A stretch of 17,601 nucleotides of DNA. Source: Prasinococcaceae sp. CCMP 1430. Its lineage: Eukaryota; Plantae; Prasinodermophyta. The stretch lies in contig RQSC01000001.1 of the NCBI GenBank assembly GCA_013416795.1, positions 76,880-94,480 on the forward strand, given 5' to 3'. The notes below the pieces were generated by a model. That model had not been told where the DNA came from. It saw only the letters and a program-made list of their open reading frames with translations, and ran no database searches. Position 1 is the stretch's first letter. Each line of letters starts with the position of its first letter. The translations under genes and the position numbers were made by a program. Shown here piece after piece: positions 1-9,205 of the stretch.

Positions 1-128
1 CCCCTCCCCTGGCCCTCACACACGCCCGCCAGCACAGCCTCTCCCACCGCCACCACCACCGCCCGCGCGGGAGCGCGCGCGCGCCGCGCGCGTGCGCACC
101 CGCGCGCGTCCCCCCCCCCGCTGCGCAC

Positions 129-663
129 CATTTACGGTCCGAACACAACAGGGTCTACTTTGTATATCAGTTCGAACTTCGTACATCGCGGCTTTTCGCA
201 CCCCGAACGTCGCGCGCGCGAGCGCGCGCGGATTCTGCGCGTCAGCGGCAGCAGGCGCCCGCCGGGCGGGGGGGCGCGCGGGGCGCTTTTTGCGCGCGTG
301 AGGTTTGGGTTTGAGAAGGGTTCATGTGAGTCGTAAAGAGATGGGGGATTTGGGCTCGGATGGGCGCGACCCTAAACGGGCGCGCGATTTTGCCGGGAGC
401 GCGCGTCGGCGCGCGCGCGCGCGCGCGCGCGGCGACGACGGGGCACCGCGGCGCCGCCCGCGGAAAAGTACGCCGCCGCGCCCGCGAAAGATCTCGGCTG
501 CACGCGGCCCCAGCCTCTGTACAGCCCCCGCCGGCCGCCGCCCGCCGCCGCCGCCCTCGCACACACTTCCCCCCCTCCCTCCCGTACGACTCCGCCTCCT
601 CCACCCCCGCGCCGCGCAGGGAGCCACACGCACCTGCGCCACGGCGTGCATCGTCGTCGCCAT
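129..663 (-). CDS. Hypothetical 5' exons of a gene running off the left edge (exons 663-634 and 234-129)
   Basis: gccATGG start at 663 gives MATTMHAVAQ, followed by a CAG|gtgcgt donor at 633. A ctgac-gcgcag branch/acceptor ends at 235 and joins in frame to NPRALARATFGVRKAAMYEV..., with a G|gtgcgc donor at 128. Based on splice signals only; no recognisable homology. Confidence 0.25.
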
Positions 664-975
664 GGCGTGCCGCCTCGGGCCGTGTCGGCGTCGGCGCCTG
701 TGGCGCGCCCCGCAGCCCCCCCTCCCGCCTCAGCTCCTCCCCCCCCCTCCTGCTGCTGCAGGCCCGCGCACCGACCGCGTCGGCCGCCGCCTCGCCAGCC
801 GCCCGAAGGCCTACGCCCCCACGTGCCCCCGCGCACTCGCTCGAGTGTGCGCGCTGAGAGTGCGCGCGCCAGCGAGGTGAGCTCGTCGCTCCTTTCGCGT
901 CCGCCGTCGCCGGCTCCGAAGTGCCGCCGAGGACGACCGCGAGCCCCCCCTCGCGCAGCACCGCCCCTCACGCCC

Positions 976-1749
976 TCAACCGCCCCGCCCCGCTCCGGCG
1001 CGTGCGGGCACCCACTTTGGAGTGTGCCGGGGCGGATCGCCGCTGTGCAGCGTGCGCTTGTCGAGCGAGCCGTCAAGGTAGGCAGGGAAGAACACGAGAA
1101 CAGTACCCTTCACGGCCTCCACGGAGACTTCCATCGATCTGAAGGTAGTGTGGCCACCGCGGCCGCGGCGGAAGGCCTTCGGAGGGTCTGGCGTGTTGAG
1201 GTACGAGAGCACTGTGCAGATCCGCTGCCCTCCGTTCTGCAAGAACTTGCGCCCGATGTCACTGTTGGGCTCGACCGCATCGAAGTGCGAATTGAAGCGC
1301 TGGCCAGGCTCGTAGCGCCCAACCTGAGGAGCCTCTTGGTGCGTGCGCGGCAAGCCGGTGAGCTCCTCGATGCGTTCGACGTACCATGGCACCTCGGACT
1401 TGGCCAGAGTGCACGTGGTGCTGGTGCGCCCTGCGCTCTCGCCCTGCACGTAGCCGAACGAGTTCACCGTCTGGCCCTTGCCCACAACCGGCGCGCGGGC
1501 AAGCCGTCCGTCCGAGGAATCGATGAGCGCGTCGCACTCGTCATCGCTCAGGAAGTTCGCGATTGTAAAGATCAGCGGGTCCTCGCAGTGCACAGTGACA
1601 CGGTCGCCGTAGCGCTCGCGGCTGATCTGCAGGTACGCCTTCGAGCTCGGCTGCGCCTGTGCTTCGCCCTGGAGGGCCTCACTGCCAGCTGAGGTGGGGC
1701 ATGCCGACACGGGCGAATGCGCCGTCGGCCCCTGCCCGCCACGGCCCAT
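976..1749 (-). CDS. Prolyl 4-hydroxylase-like 2OG-Fe(II) dioxygenase
   Basis: Motifs [45 protein letters not shown] (HxD), [25 protein letters not shown] (distal His) and PKW (2OG-binding Lys). ATG at 1749 is the likely start. The C-terminus after KW is uncertain (possible donor near 1011). Confidence 0.88.
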   Translation of the reverse strand: MGRGGQGPTAHSPVSACPTSAGSEALQGEAQAQPSSKAYLQISRERYGDRVTVHCEDPLIFTIANFLSDDECDALIDSSDGRLARAPVVGKGQTVNSFGYVQGESAGRTSTTCTLAKSEVPWYVERIEELTGLPRTHQEAPQVGRYEPGQRFNSHFDAVEPNSDIGRKFLQNGGQRICTVLSYLNTPDPPKAFRRGRGGHTTFRSMEVSVEAVKGTVLVFFPAYLDGSLDKRTLHSGDPPRHTPKWVPARAGAGRGG

Positions 1750-1902
1750 TGCTGCGGCTGGTGCCCCCTCCGCGTCAGCGGGCGAGCCGCCTCCACCGAG
1801 CGCTTTCTCGCGCAAAAAAGAGCGCAGAGGCGCGTCGCGCCGCTGGCGGCGGCGGCGGCCGCGGCCGCGGCGCCGGCGGAGCGCGCAGGCGGGCGGACGT
1901 AC

Positions 1903-2026
1903 CAGGCAGGTGTCGAGGACGTTCGAGGTCGCCTGGAAGAAGCGGCCGTCCTTGTAGTTCTTGGAGCGGTTAAGCATCCAGTCGGGGATCTTGAACTGGC
2001 GGGGGTTGTTGATGATCACAATCAGC
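1903..2026 (-). CDS. RPS18: 40S ribosomal protein S18 (uS13), internal exon only
   Basis: [41 protein letters not shown] matches the eukaryotic RPS18 [21 protein letters not shown] segment. It ends at a CTG|gtacgt donor (1902); the 5' part is lost in the N gap. Confidence 0.9.
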
Positions 2027-2332
2027 NNNNNNNNNNNNNNNNNNNNNNNNNNNNNNNNNNNNNNNNNNNNNNNNNNNNNNNNNNNNNNNNNNNNNNNNNN
2101 NNNNNNNNNNNNNNNNNNNNNNNNNNNNNNNNNNNNNNNNNNNNNNNNNNNNNNNNNNNNNNNNNNNNNNNNNNNNNNNNNNNNNNNNNNNNNNNNNNNN
2201 NNNNNNNNNNNNNNNNNNNNNNNNNNNNNNNNNNNNNNNNNNNNNNNNNNNNNNNNNNNNNNNNNNNNNNNNNNNNNNNNNNNNNNNNNNNNNNNNNNNN
2301 NNNNNNNNNNNNNNNNNNNNNNNNNNNNNNNN
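2027..2332. other. Assembly gap (run of N)
   Basis: 306 consecutive N. Confidence 1.
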
Positions 2333-5300
2333 TGGCGCCGCGGCCGCCGCCGCGCGGCGGCGCGTGGGCGGTGGACAGCAGCGACGACTCGGACGGCGGG
2401 GCCAGCCGCGCGGGACCGCTCGTGAGGCCGCAGCGCGCGGGAGACCTGCGAGCGCTGCCGCGTGCAAGTGCCGGGTGGAAGGGGGGAGACGTCGATATGG
2501 GTCGCCTCAACCGCATCGCCGCTGCCGTCGCGTCGTCCGAGTCGAACGACTCGTCCGGCGACGAGAACGCCGCCCGAAGCGCGAGCGTGACTCGGGCGGC
2601 CCCGTGCGAGCGCGCGGTGCGCGTGCGCCCAGGCAGCGGCGAGACCTCGAGCGCGCGTGCGTCGATCGACTCCTCGCCGGAGTCGGCGAGAAGAGCCGCG
2701 GCCGCCGTGCGCAGGGCGCACTTCGGCTCGGGCGGCAGCGGTGCGGACAGCGGGGCCAGCGACGTGTCGAGCGCCTCGGGCGGCGACTCGCCGGGCGCGA
2801 CCTCCGACCCGCGACCGCCTTGGCTCAGGATGCCCGCGAATGCTCGCGAGACCGCGGCAGACGACCACGACTACGCCCCAAGCGAGGACTACGACAGCGA
2901 CGACACGGGTGACAGCGACAGCCCCTCAGCATTGATCGTGAGGAGGAAGGGCTGGATGAGCGGCGGGCGAAGCGCGGCCGCACGTCCCAAGCAGGGGCCG
3001 GCTCAGGCATCGGACGGGCCACCAGAGCACCTCGAGGTGAGAGCGAGAGGCCCACGGAGGTCGTTGCAAGCGAGCGACGAGTGGGACGACACGCATCCAT
3101 CTTTGCTCGCGCTGGGAGCGAAGGAGCATCAGCCGGGGCAGCGGACGCAGCGGCGGCGCGCGCAAGGCGAAGAAGCTACGCCGCTTCAGGCGGTGCTCAG
3201 CCCGCTGCTGTCTGCCCCCGAGGGACTCGCCAAGGTGCGCGCGCGCGCGTTGATGTGCGCACTGATGCGCCGCCCTGGCCTGCCCGAGTGGCCGTTTTCG
3301 CGCAGCACGCCCCGCCCTGACCCGCTGAGCGCTTGCTAAATCGCCGTTTCGGGCCCGCGCCCGTCCTCGCTCGCTTTCGGGTTCCTGTAGGAGGCCGCGG
3401 GCAGTGCCGCACTGGCAGAGGCCGCCACGCGCGAACGCGACGCCGCGCTGCAGGCAGCCGAGATCTGCTCAGAGGCAAAGCTGGCATCGGACGCCGCGCG
3501 ACAGAAGCTCGGCGAGCGCGCACGCGCAGCGGGCGCACGCGCGACCGCCGCCGAAGCGGCTGCCATGGCAGAGGCGGAGCGTGCAGACGCGCTTGCTGTG
3601 CGCGTCACCGATGCGGAGGCTCGCGCAGAGTTTCTTGCGAGGCGCTTAGAGGCTGCAGAGACTGCCGAGCGCCAGTGCGTCTCAGCGCGCGCTGAGTGTG
3701 CGGCGCTGCGATCGCAGTTGGGCGCCGCTGAGGAGCGCGAAGAAGCTGCTGCGGCAGTGGCGGACGCCGGCGCGGTAGCCGTGGCGGAGGCGCGTGCAGC
3801 GCGCTCCGACGCGCAAGTGGCAATGCGAGATAAAGCGCGCCTCGAGTCGACGGTGGAGAGGCTCGAGGCTGAGCTCGCCGCCGCGCGTGCGGAACTCGCT
3901 GTTGGGCAGGACCGACTATCTGAGCAACAGGGCGCGCTCGATGCCGCGGAGGGGCGCGTCGCGCGCGCAGAGGCACGCGCGAGCAGCGTGCGCGATCTCC
4001 AACGCGCGTGTGCAGCCGTTACTCGAGAGCGCGACGAAGCGCGAGAGGCGCTCGCCGAGGCCCGTGTTGAAATTGTGAGCGCTAAGGAAGCGCGCAAGGA
4101 GCGCGCGGGGCTGCTCGTGGCCGTCAAGGAGGCCAACGAGCGAGCCGCGGGGGCCGAGCAGGTGATGACCAAGCTCATCGAGGGTGGACTCGGTGGCGCG
4201 ACTGCTCGGGGAGGCACAGTGGCAGTTGTCGACACTGAGAGGACTGACACCGCTGCGGTACAGGCCGCGGCTGCCGTGCGCATGGAGGTGAAGCACCGCG
4301 CGGACGCGCTCGAGGCAAAGCTCAACGCCGCCGAACGGCGCCACGACAACCAGCTTGCGCAGCTTGGCGCAGCCGTTCGCACTGCGCGGTCAGACTTCGC
4401 CAGCTCTGCCAGCGCTTCGAGCGCAGCGGCTGAGCGCGTGGCGCAACTCGAGGCCACGTTGAGGGACGAAATGCGAGGGCGCGATGCATCGCTCGCTGCT
4501 CTCACGGATGCAGTGGCATCGGCGCGTAACCTCGCATCCACGGGCGCGAGGAGCGCAGCGGGAGCGTCCGCGAGCGCGGCGGAAGCAGCCTCAGAGAGGA
4601 CCGCTGCTCTGGAAGCCAGACTAGTGGGAGAGCTGCAGAAGCGTGATGCTGCCATCGGCGCGCTCACTTCGGCCGTGCAGAACGTGCGCGCGGTCACTGC
4701 GGCGGGGGGCAGCGAGCGCGCGTCGGTCGAGGCGCTCGAATCGCGTCTGACAAACGAGGTGCGACGGCAGGCGGGCGTGATTGCACAGCTCCAGCAGTCT
4801 CTTGCGGAGGCCAGCGCACGCGTGAATCCGACTGAGTTGGCCTCGCAGGCGACGGCCATCGCGCGGTTGCAGGGGCAACTTGCGTCACGCGACGCGCAGA
4901 TTGCTTCGCTAGCGCGCTCAGTGGAGCAGCTGATGGTCTCGGTGGCCACGCCGCCGGCGCGGCACATGCCGCGTGCGGCTGAATCTCCCGCGACAAGCTT
5001 GCCGGACGCCCATGTGGCACATTCGCCCGCCCCCGCGCTGGACGCCGCGCTCGATCCGAAGGCCAGGAGTGAGCCTGTGGACGCCGCGGTTCCTCATGAG
5101 GCGCACACGCCCCGCCACGCTAGTCCACCCGAGCCTGCCAGTGGAGATGCCGCCCCCGGCATGAGCACCCCTCGAGCCTCGATGGCGCCGCCCTCAGAGT
5201 CGCCAGCGCGCTCGACAGGGAGCCGCTTTGGTGTGTTCCGCCAGCGCGCGGGAGTCAAGGCCGAAAAAGCCCAACAGCGCCACAGCGCCGGCGAGGCTGC

Positions 5301-5598
5301 AGCCGCTGGCAGCCCTGCGTGCGCGCGCGTGGTCGGAGAGGCAGCCGCCACGGCGGTGATGGCCAGCCCGGGAGGCGTTCTCTCACGCACTGGAAGGTCG
5401 CTTTTCGCGCCATCGCCAGTGACTCCTACGAAGCCAAGTTCACCCGCCGCCGCCGCCAGCGGTGCGGGGCCGAGCGCCCCGGCGAGCTTGCGGACACCGT
5501 CGGCATCGGGGCCCGTGCGCGCGCCTGTGGACCCGCAGCTGGTGCGCGCACCCCCAGCGAAGTTCGGCGCCAAGCGCATTCGGAGCCCCGCGCGATAG
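2332..5598 (+). CDS. Large coiled-coil protein of unknown function (exons ~2332-3234 and 3391-5598)
   Basis: nTG at 2332 is probably the ATG (MAPRPPP). A phase-0 intron 3235-3390 (AAG|gtgcgc ... ttcctgtag|GAG) joins the 1717-frame and 3565-frame ORFs. Disordered S/D-rich N-terminus, long A/E/R/L heptad-rich centre, SP/TP-rich tail ending KRIRSPAR. Confidence 0.75.
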
Positions 5599-5699
5599 CT
5601 GCGTCGCACGCACGCGCGTGGTCGCACAGAAGTAAAACAAAACGAGTACGTACAGTGTATACTTACTTGCGCAGGGCCCCCCTCGTCGCCTCTACTCAG

Positions 5700-6974
5700 C
5701 TACCAGCATTTCTTCTCCGAGTCGTCGGCGGGCCTCCACGCCGGCAACTCGCCCGAGTTTGAGACGCGCGTGGCCTTCGGCATGGTCTTGCTCACCCACA
5801 TGCGACGCTCGGGGGAGCACCTGCCGGACGGAGCGGCGCGCATGGAGGGGGGAGGAGGCGCCCCGCCACCAACGCTGCCACGCGGGATGGTCTTAGCGGC
5901 GGGATCCCAGCGGTCGGGAGCGGCCGGCGCGCGGTGCATGGGTTTCGACGATGCCTCCTCCCACGAAATAGAGTCGTGCGAGCGATTGCGCTGAGAGTAC
6001 TTGAGCGAGTCCGCGTACTCGCCACGAAGCTCGTGCATTTGAGGGGGAGGGCGCTCTACAAACCCCTCCGGTGTCTGCTTCCACTCGGCGCGCAAGGGAT
6101 CGTAGACACCAACCCGCTTTTGCAGCGCCTCGATCCCACTGCGATCGCGCCCGCGCTCGTCGCTGGACGCCGCGGGCGTCTGCTTCCACTCGGCGCGCAA
6201 GGGATCGTAGACACCAACCCGTTTGTTCAGCGCCTCGATCCCACTGTGGTCTTTCCCACGCTCGCGCTCCGGCTGCTTCGGCGGCACGACCCACGAGGCG
6301 GTCAGAGGGTTGTAGAGGCCGCTCCGTTCGGCGAGGGGAACGATCGCGCGGCCGCGGCCGTGCCTGGAAAGCGGGGGCCTCGTCGGCGGTCTGGTCCACT
6401 GGTGTGTGAGTGGGTCGTACTTGCCCATGTGGTCCGGCAGCGGCACAGATCGCACCCCCTGCGGACGCACCGCCTCTTCGTCCCGCTGCGGCACCGCCCA
6501 CTCGCTTGTGATCGGATTGCGCTGCCCAACGAGTGACGGGCTGCGCGTGGTCACGGCCGGGGCTGACGCCACGCGCATGCGCTCGCGCGCCGCGTCCTCG
6601 CCCTGCGTCGCCGGGTCGTTGTACGAGGCGTCCGTGCGAGGCCTCCGGCCAGCGGCGGTCGCCGGCCGTCGCGTCACTGCGTCGGGCGCCACGTAGCTGT
6701 GCGTCACGGGGTTGTACACGATGCGTTCCCCCGAGGACGGGTCCAACCCGACGTCCCCTCCCCCCCCCGCGCCTGCGTACGTGCCTGCATTCGTGCGCCC
6801 ACCGAACGAGCCTGCGTCGGCGGGGGGGACGAGGTCGGGGGCGCCCGGCCACGCGCCGCTGGGGCCGGCGCCGTCGCCGTCGCCGGCGTAAGACCAACCA
6901 ACCGCCGCCCCGTGCGCAAGCCGACGGCCGGTGCTGCGCGCGCCGCCGCCGGCACGCGCGCGTCTGGCATGCAC
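5700..6974 (-). CDS. Uncharacterised protein with periodic Y[DN]P[LIV]xxx[WY] repeats
   Basis: 424-codon ORF containing YNPVTHSY, RNPITSEW, YDPLTHQW, YNPLTASW and YDPLRAEW twice. Start codon uncertain; there may be an upstream exon. Confidence 0.75.
   Translation of the reverse strand: MHARRARAGGGARSTGRRLAHGAAVGWSYAGDGDGAGPSGAWPGAPDLVPPADAGSFGGRTNAGTYAGAGGGGDVGLDPSSGERIVYNPVTHSYVAPDAVTRRPATAAGRRPRTDASYNDPATQGEDAARERMRVASAPAVTTRSPSLVGQRNPITSEWAVPQRDEEAVRPQGVRSVPLPDHMGKYDPLTHQWTRPPTRPPLSRHGRGRAIVPLAERSGLYNPLTASWVVPPKQPERERGKDHSGIEALNKRVGVYDPLRAEWKQTPAASSDERGRDRSGIEALQKRVGVYDPLRAEWKQTPEGFVERPPPQMHELRGEYADSLKYSQRNRSHDSISWEEASSKPMHRAPAAPDRWDPAAKTIPRGSVGGGAPPPPSMRAAPSGRCSPERRMWVSKTMPKATRVSNSGELPAWRPADDSEKKCW
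6073..6246. repeat. Coding tandem duplication, 105-bp (35-aa) period
   Basis: gtctgcttccactcggcgcgcaagggatcgtagacaccaacccg is identical at 6073 and 6178; it lies within the duplicated SGIEAL[NQ]KRVGVYDPLRAEWKQTP unit. Confidence 0.95.
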
Positions 6975-7266
6975 GCACGCCGCGCCTCACCCCAGGCGCT
7001 CGCATGGGCCCCTCTTCCCCCCACACACGCACCCGCATGCACCCCACCCCTACACTCACGCACACCCGGGGGCGCCCCGCCGGGCGCTCCCGCCGACGTC
7101 GGCGACATGAAATTCGCGCGGGGACGGGCGCGCGAAAAAGCGGCGTTCCGCGCACGAATCCGTTCAAAAAACCACAAAACACGGATTTATCGAAGTACCA
7201 AATACTTTCCGTACGTTCCCCGGCGAGCCTCCCCGCGGCACCCGCGCGTCGCGTCGTCCGTATGAA

Positions 7267-7271
7267 TTACA
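7267..7271 (-). promoter_or_regulatory. Candidate TGTAA polyadenylation signal (kelch gene)
   Basis: TGTAA on the minus strand in the AT-rich spacer about 500 nt past the stop at 7768. Confidence 0.3.
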
Positions 7272-7767
7272 ACTCCGTCTTTTGAACTTGTACACAAATG
7301 TTGAATTGACAATATGCGCGGAATGAACAATTTGGATCTGATTAACTGCCGATTCGGTGCCGAACGTTGGCGCGCGTGCGTGCTGTGGTTTAGGTTTGAC
7401 CTTATTTTGGGTCAGATATAAGAGGGTTTGTATTGGGTGCGCCCGCGCTCACGCGCGCGTTCCCCCGGCTGAGCGGAGGAGGCCGGGCTGCCGGGGGGGG
7501 GAGCACATCGGAGGGGCGGGGCTACGGGCCGGTCCGCGCGCGCGCCGCGCGGCGCCGAGGGGCGTGCCCGTGGCGGGCGCCGTGGGCGTGCGTCGGGCGA
7601 GCGCCGGGAGCGCCGGCGTCGGCGTCGGCGTGTGTGGCAGGCAACCGCCGCGTGGCGGTACATCCGCGGCGCGGCAGCGGTGCAACGAAGCGGCACGGGA
7701 AGCTACTATATCAACATCGAGGTCACAGACTCTTGTGCACGCGCACCTCGGCGCGGTAGGCGCGCGC

Positions 7768-8948
7768 TCAGCACGCGCGCGCGTGCGAGGCAGCCCGCGC
7801 CCTGTTCTCATCCCGCGTGCTCGTGAATCCGCACGACGAGCACTCGAAGCGGCTCGAGGCTGTCGGGATCAAGGCAATCAGCGCGCGGCACTGGCTGCAC
7901 ATCTCAGTCACGAATTCCTTGAGGTCCTCGTTGCTCGAGTCCGCCTCGCTCCCTAGCGTCAGTGCCCAGGCATCGCCAAGACGACGCGGGTTGCTGTCAT
8001 CGCCAGCGAGGCCGCCAAAGACTACGCCGACGTCCGGCGCAACCATCGCCATTGCGCCCCATCCGCGCGGCTCGGGGGCGGGCGCGTCGGTGCCCCCGCT
8101 GAGCACGAGCTCGAGCGGCTCGCCGTCGAGGCCCTTCGAGCGGCGCGGCGGGACGGGCCGCAGTCGTCAGCACAAGAGCACGCGCCATGTGCGCATGCAG
8201 ACGCTTGCGAGCGTGCGCACGCCAGATGCGAAAGGCACGGTGCACACAAACGACACGCCTCTCCACGTACGAGCGCGAGGACGTCGTTTGCGAAGCTGCC
8301 CGCGCCGTTGTGGCCTTTGCTGGAAGGGTCGACCTCGCCGCCGAAGAGGATGGCGCGGCCGCGCTGGTCACGGAAGTGAGCGACGACGCTACGCTTGCAC
8401 AGCCACGCGGACGCGTCGACCTCGTGCCAAGCGGCCTTGCGCGCATCGAACAAGGCGATGTCGCGCGTCTCCTCGCCGGCAAAGCCCGCAACCACCATGA
8501 CGGAGGTCCCATCGGCGCTCGCGAAGAGAGACGCGCCGCCACGGCCACGCAGCGGTGAGGATTTCATCGTGCGCCAGCAGGGCTCGCGAACGTCGAGTGC
8601 GTGCAGGTCAGCCAGGCGTCCGCCTTCGCCGCAGCCGCCGAACGAGTACAGCGTGGAGGCGCCCTCGGCGGCGGCCATCGTGTGGTACGAGCGCGGCGCC
8701 GGCGCCTGTGCGCGCTCGAGTTTTTCCCAGCGGCCGCCTTCGGCGCTGCGGAACGCGTAGAGGTCGTTGAGCCCGCCCTCGCCCACAGCGATGGCGTTAC
8801 GCCCGCCGAATATGTACGCGGCGTCGCCGACAGTCGCCTGCGCATGGCCCACGCGCGCGGGCGGCGCTTCAGCCCCCGCGCGCACGACCTCCCACGCGCA
8901 GCCCTCAGCGGGCCGCGCCGCGCCGCGCAGGACCCACGCGTCCGACAG
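7768..8948 (-). CDS. Kelch beta-propeller, nitrile-specifier protein (NSP)-like, with C-terminal C4 zinc ribbon; 5' end not found (exons ~8948-8271 and 8133-7768)
   Basis: PPARVGHAQ..YIFGGR, PAPRSYHTM..YSFGGC..GRLADLH, RGRGG, FGGEVDPSSKGHNGAGSFAND and PRGW..VFGGL..RLGDAW are hallmarks of the plant NSP/ESP kelch family. Phase-0 intron 8270-8134 (CTC|gtacgt ... ctgac ... aag|GGC). Confidence 0.85.
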
Positions 8949-9173
8949 GGGGGGGCGGAGGGGGGGGGCTGGAGGGGGGGAAGATGCTCGCAGTACAGTA
9001 CCGTGCCGAGGTGCGACTCTCTGCGCGCGCCGTTATTGCGTTTTTCCGTTTTTTTTTTTTTTTGCAGGCGGGGACACAGGTGCACTCCTCGCGCCACGCC
9101 GCGCGGGCAGCGGCCGCGTTGCTGAGGGGGGGTGCTGCGTGGTCGTCGCTGTCGCACGGCGGCGCCTGCTCGC

Positions 9174-9178
9174 TTACA
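9174..9178 (-). promoter_or_regulatory. TGTAA polyadenylation signal (b561 gene)
   Basis: TGTAA about 28 nt downstream of the stop at 9206; UGUAA is the established chlorophyte signal. Confidence 0.55.
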
Positions 9179-9205
9179 AGATGCGAGCAGCGGCGGGTGC
9201 GCGCG

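Noticed and set aside
303-378. Telomere-like words (ggtttgggttt, accctaaac)
   Set aside because: Single, imperfect copies; not an array and too short to call a telo-box.
976-1749. P4H as a ribosomal-protein hydroxylase because it neighbours RPS18
   Set aside because: Its motifs are collagen/plant P4H-type; the known ribosomal prolyl hydroxylase OGFOD1/Tpa1 is a different family acting on uS12.
976-2868. 630-aa ORF as a single protein
   Set aside because: It reads through the N gap and joins antisense sequence, an RPS18 exon, intron-like sequence and P4H.
3336-4967. 543-aa antisense ORF and similar long Arg/Ala/Pro-rich ORFs (646-1692, 5893-7182, 13396-14583, 14593-16119)
   Set aside because: Shadow frames of real genes; stop codons are rare at this GC content and no motifs are present.
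6073-6246. Direct repeats as a CRISPR array or mobile-element ends
   Set aside because: Only two copies, in-frame and coding, in a eukaryotic context with no cas or transposase genes.
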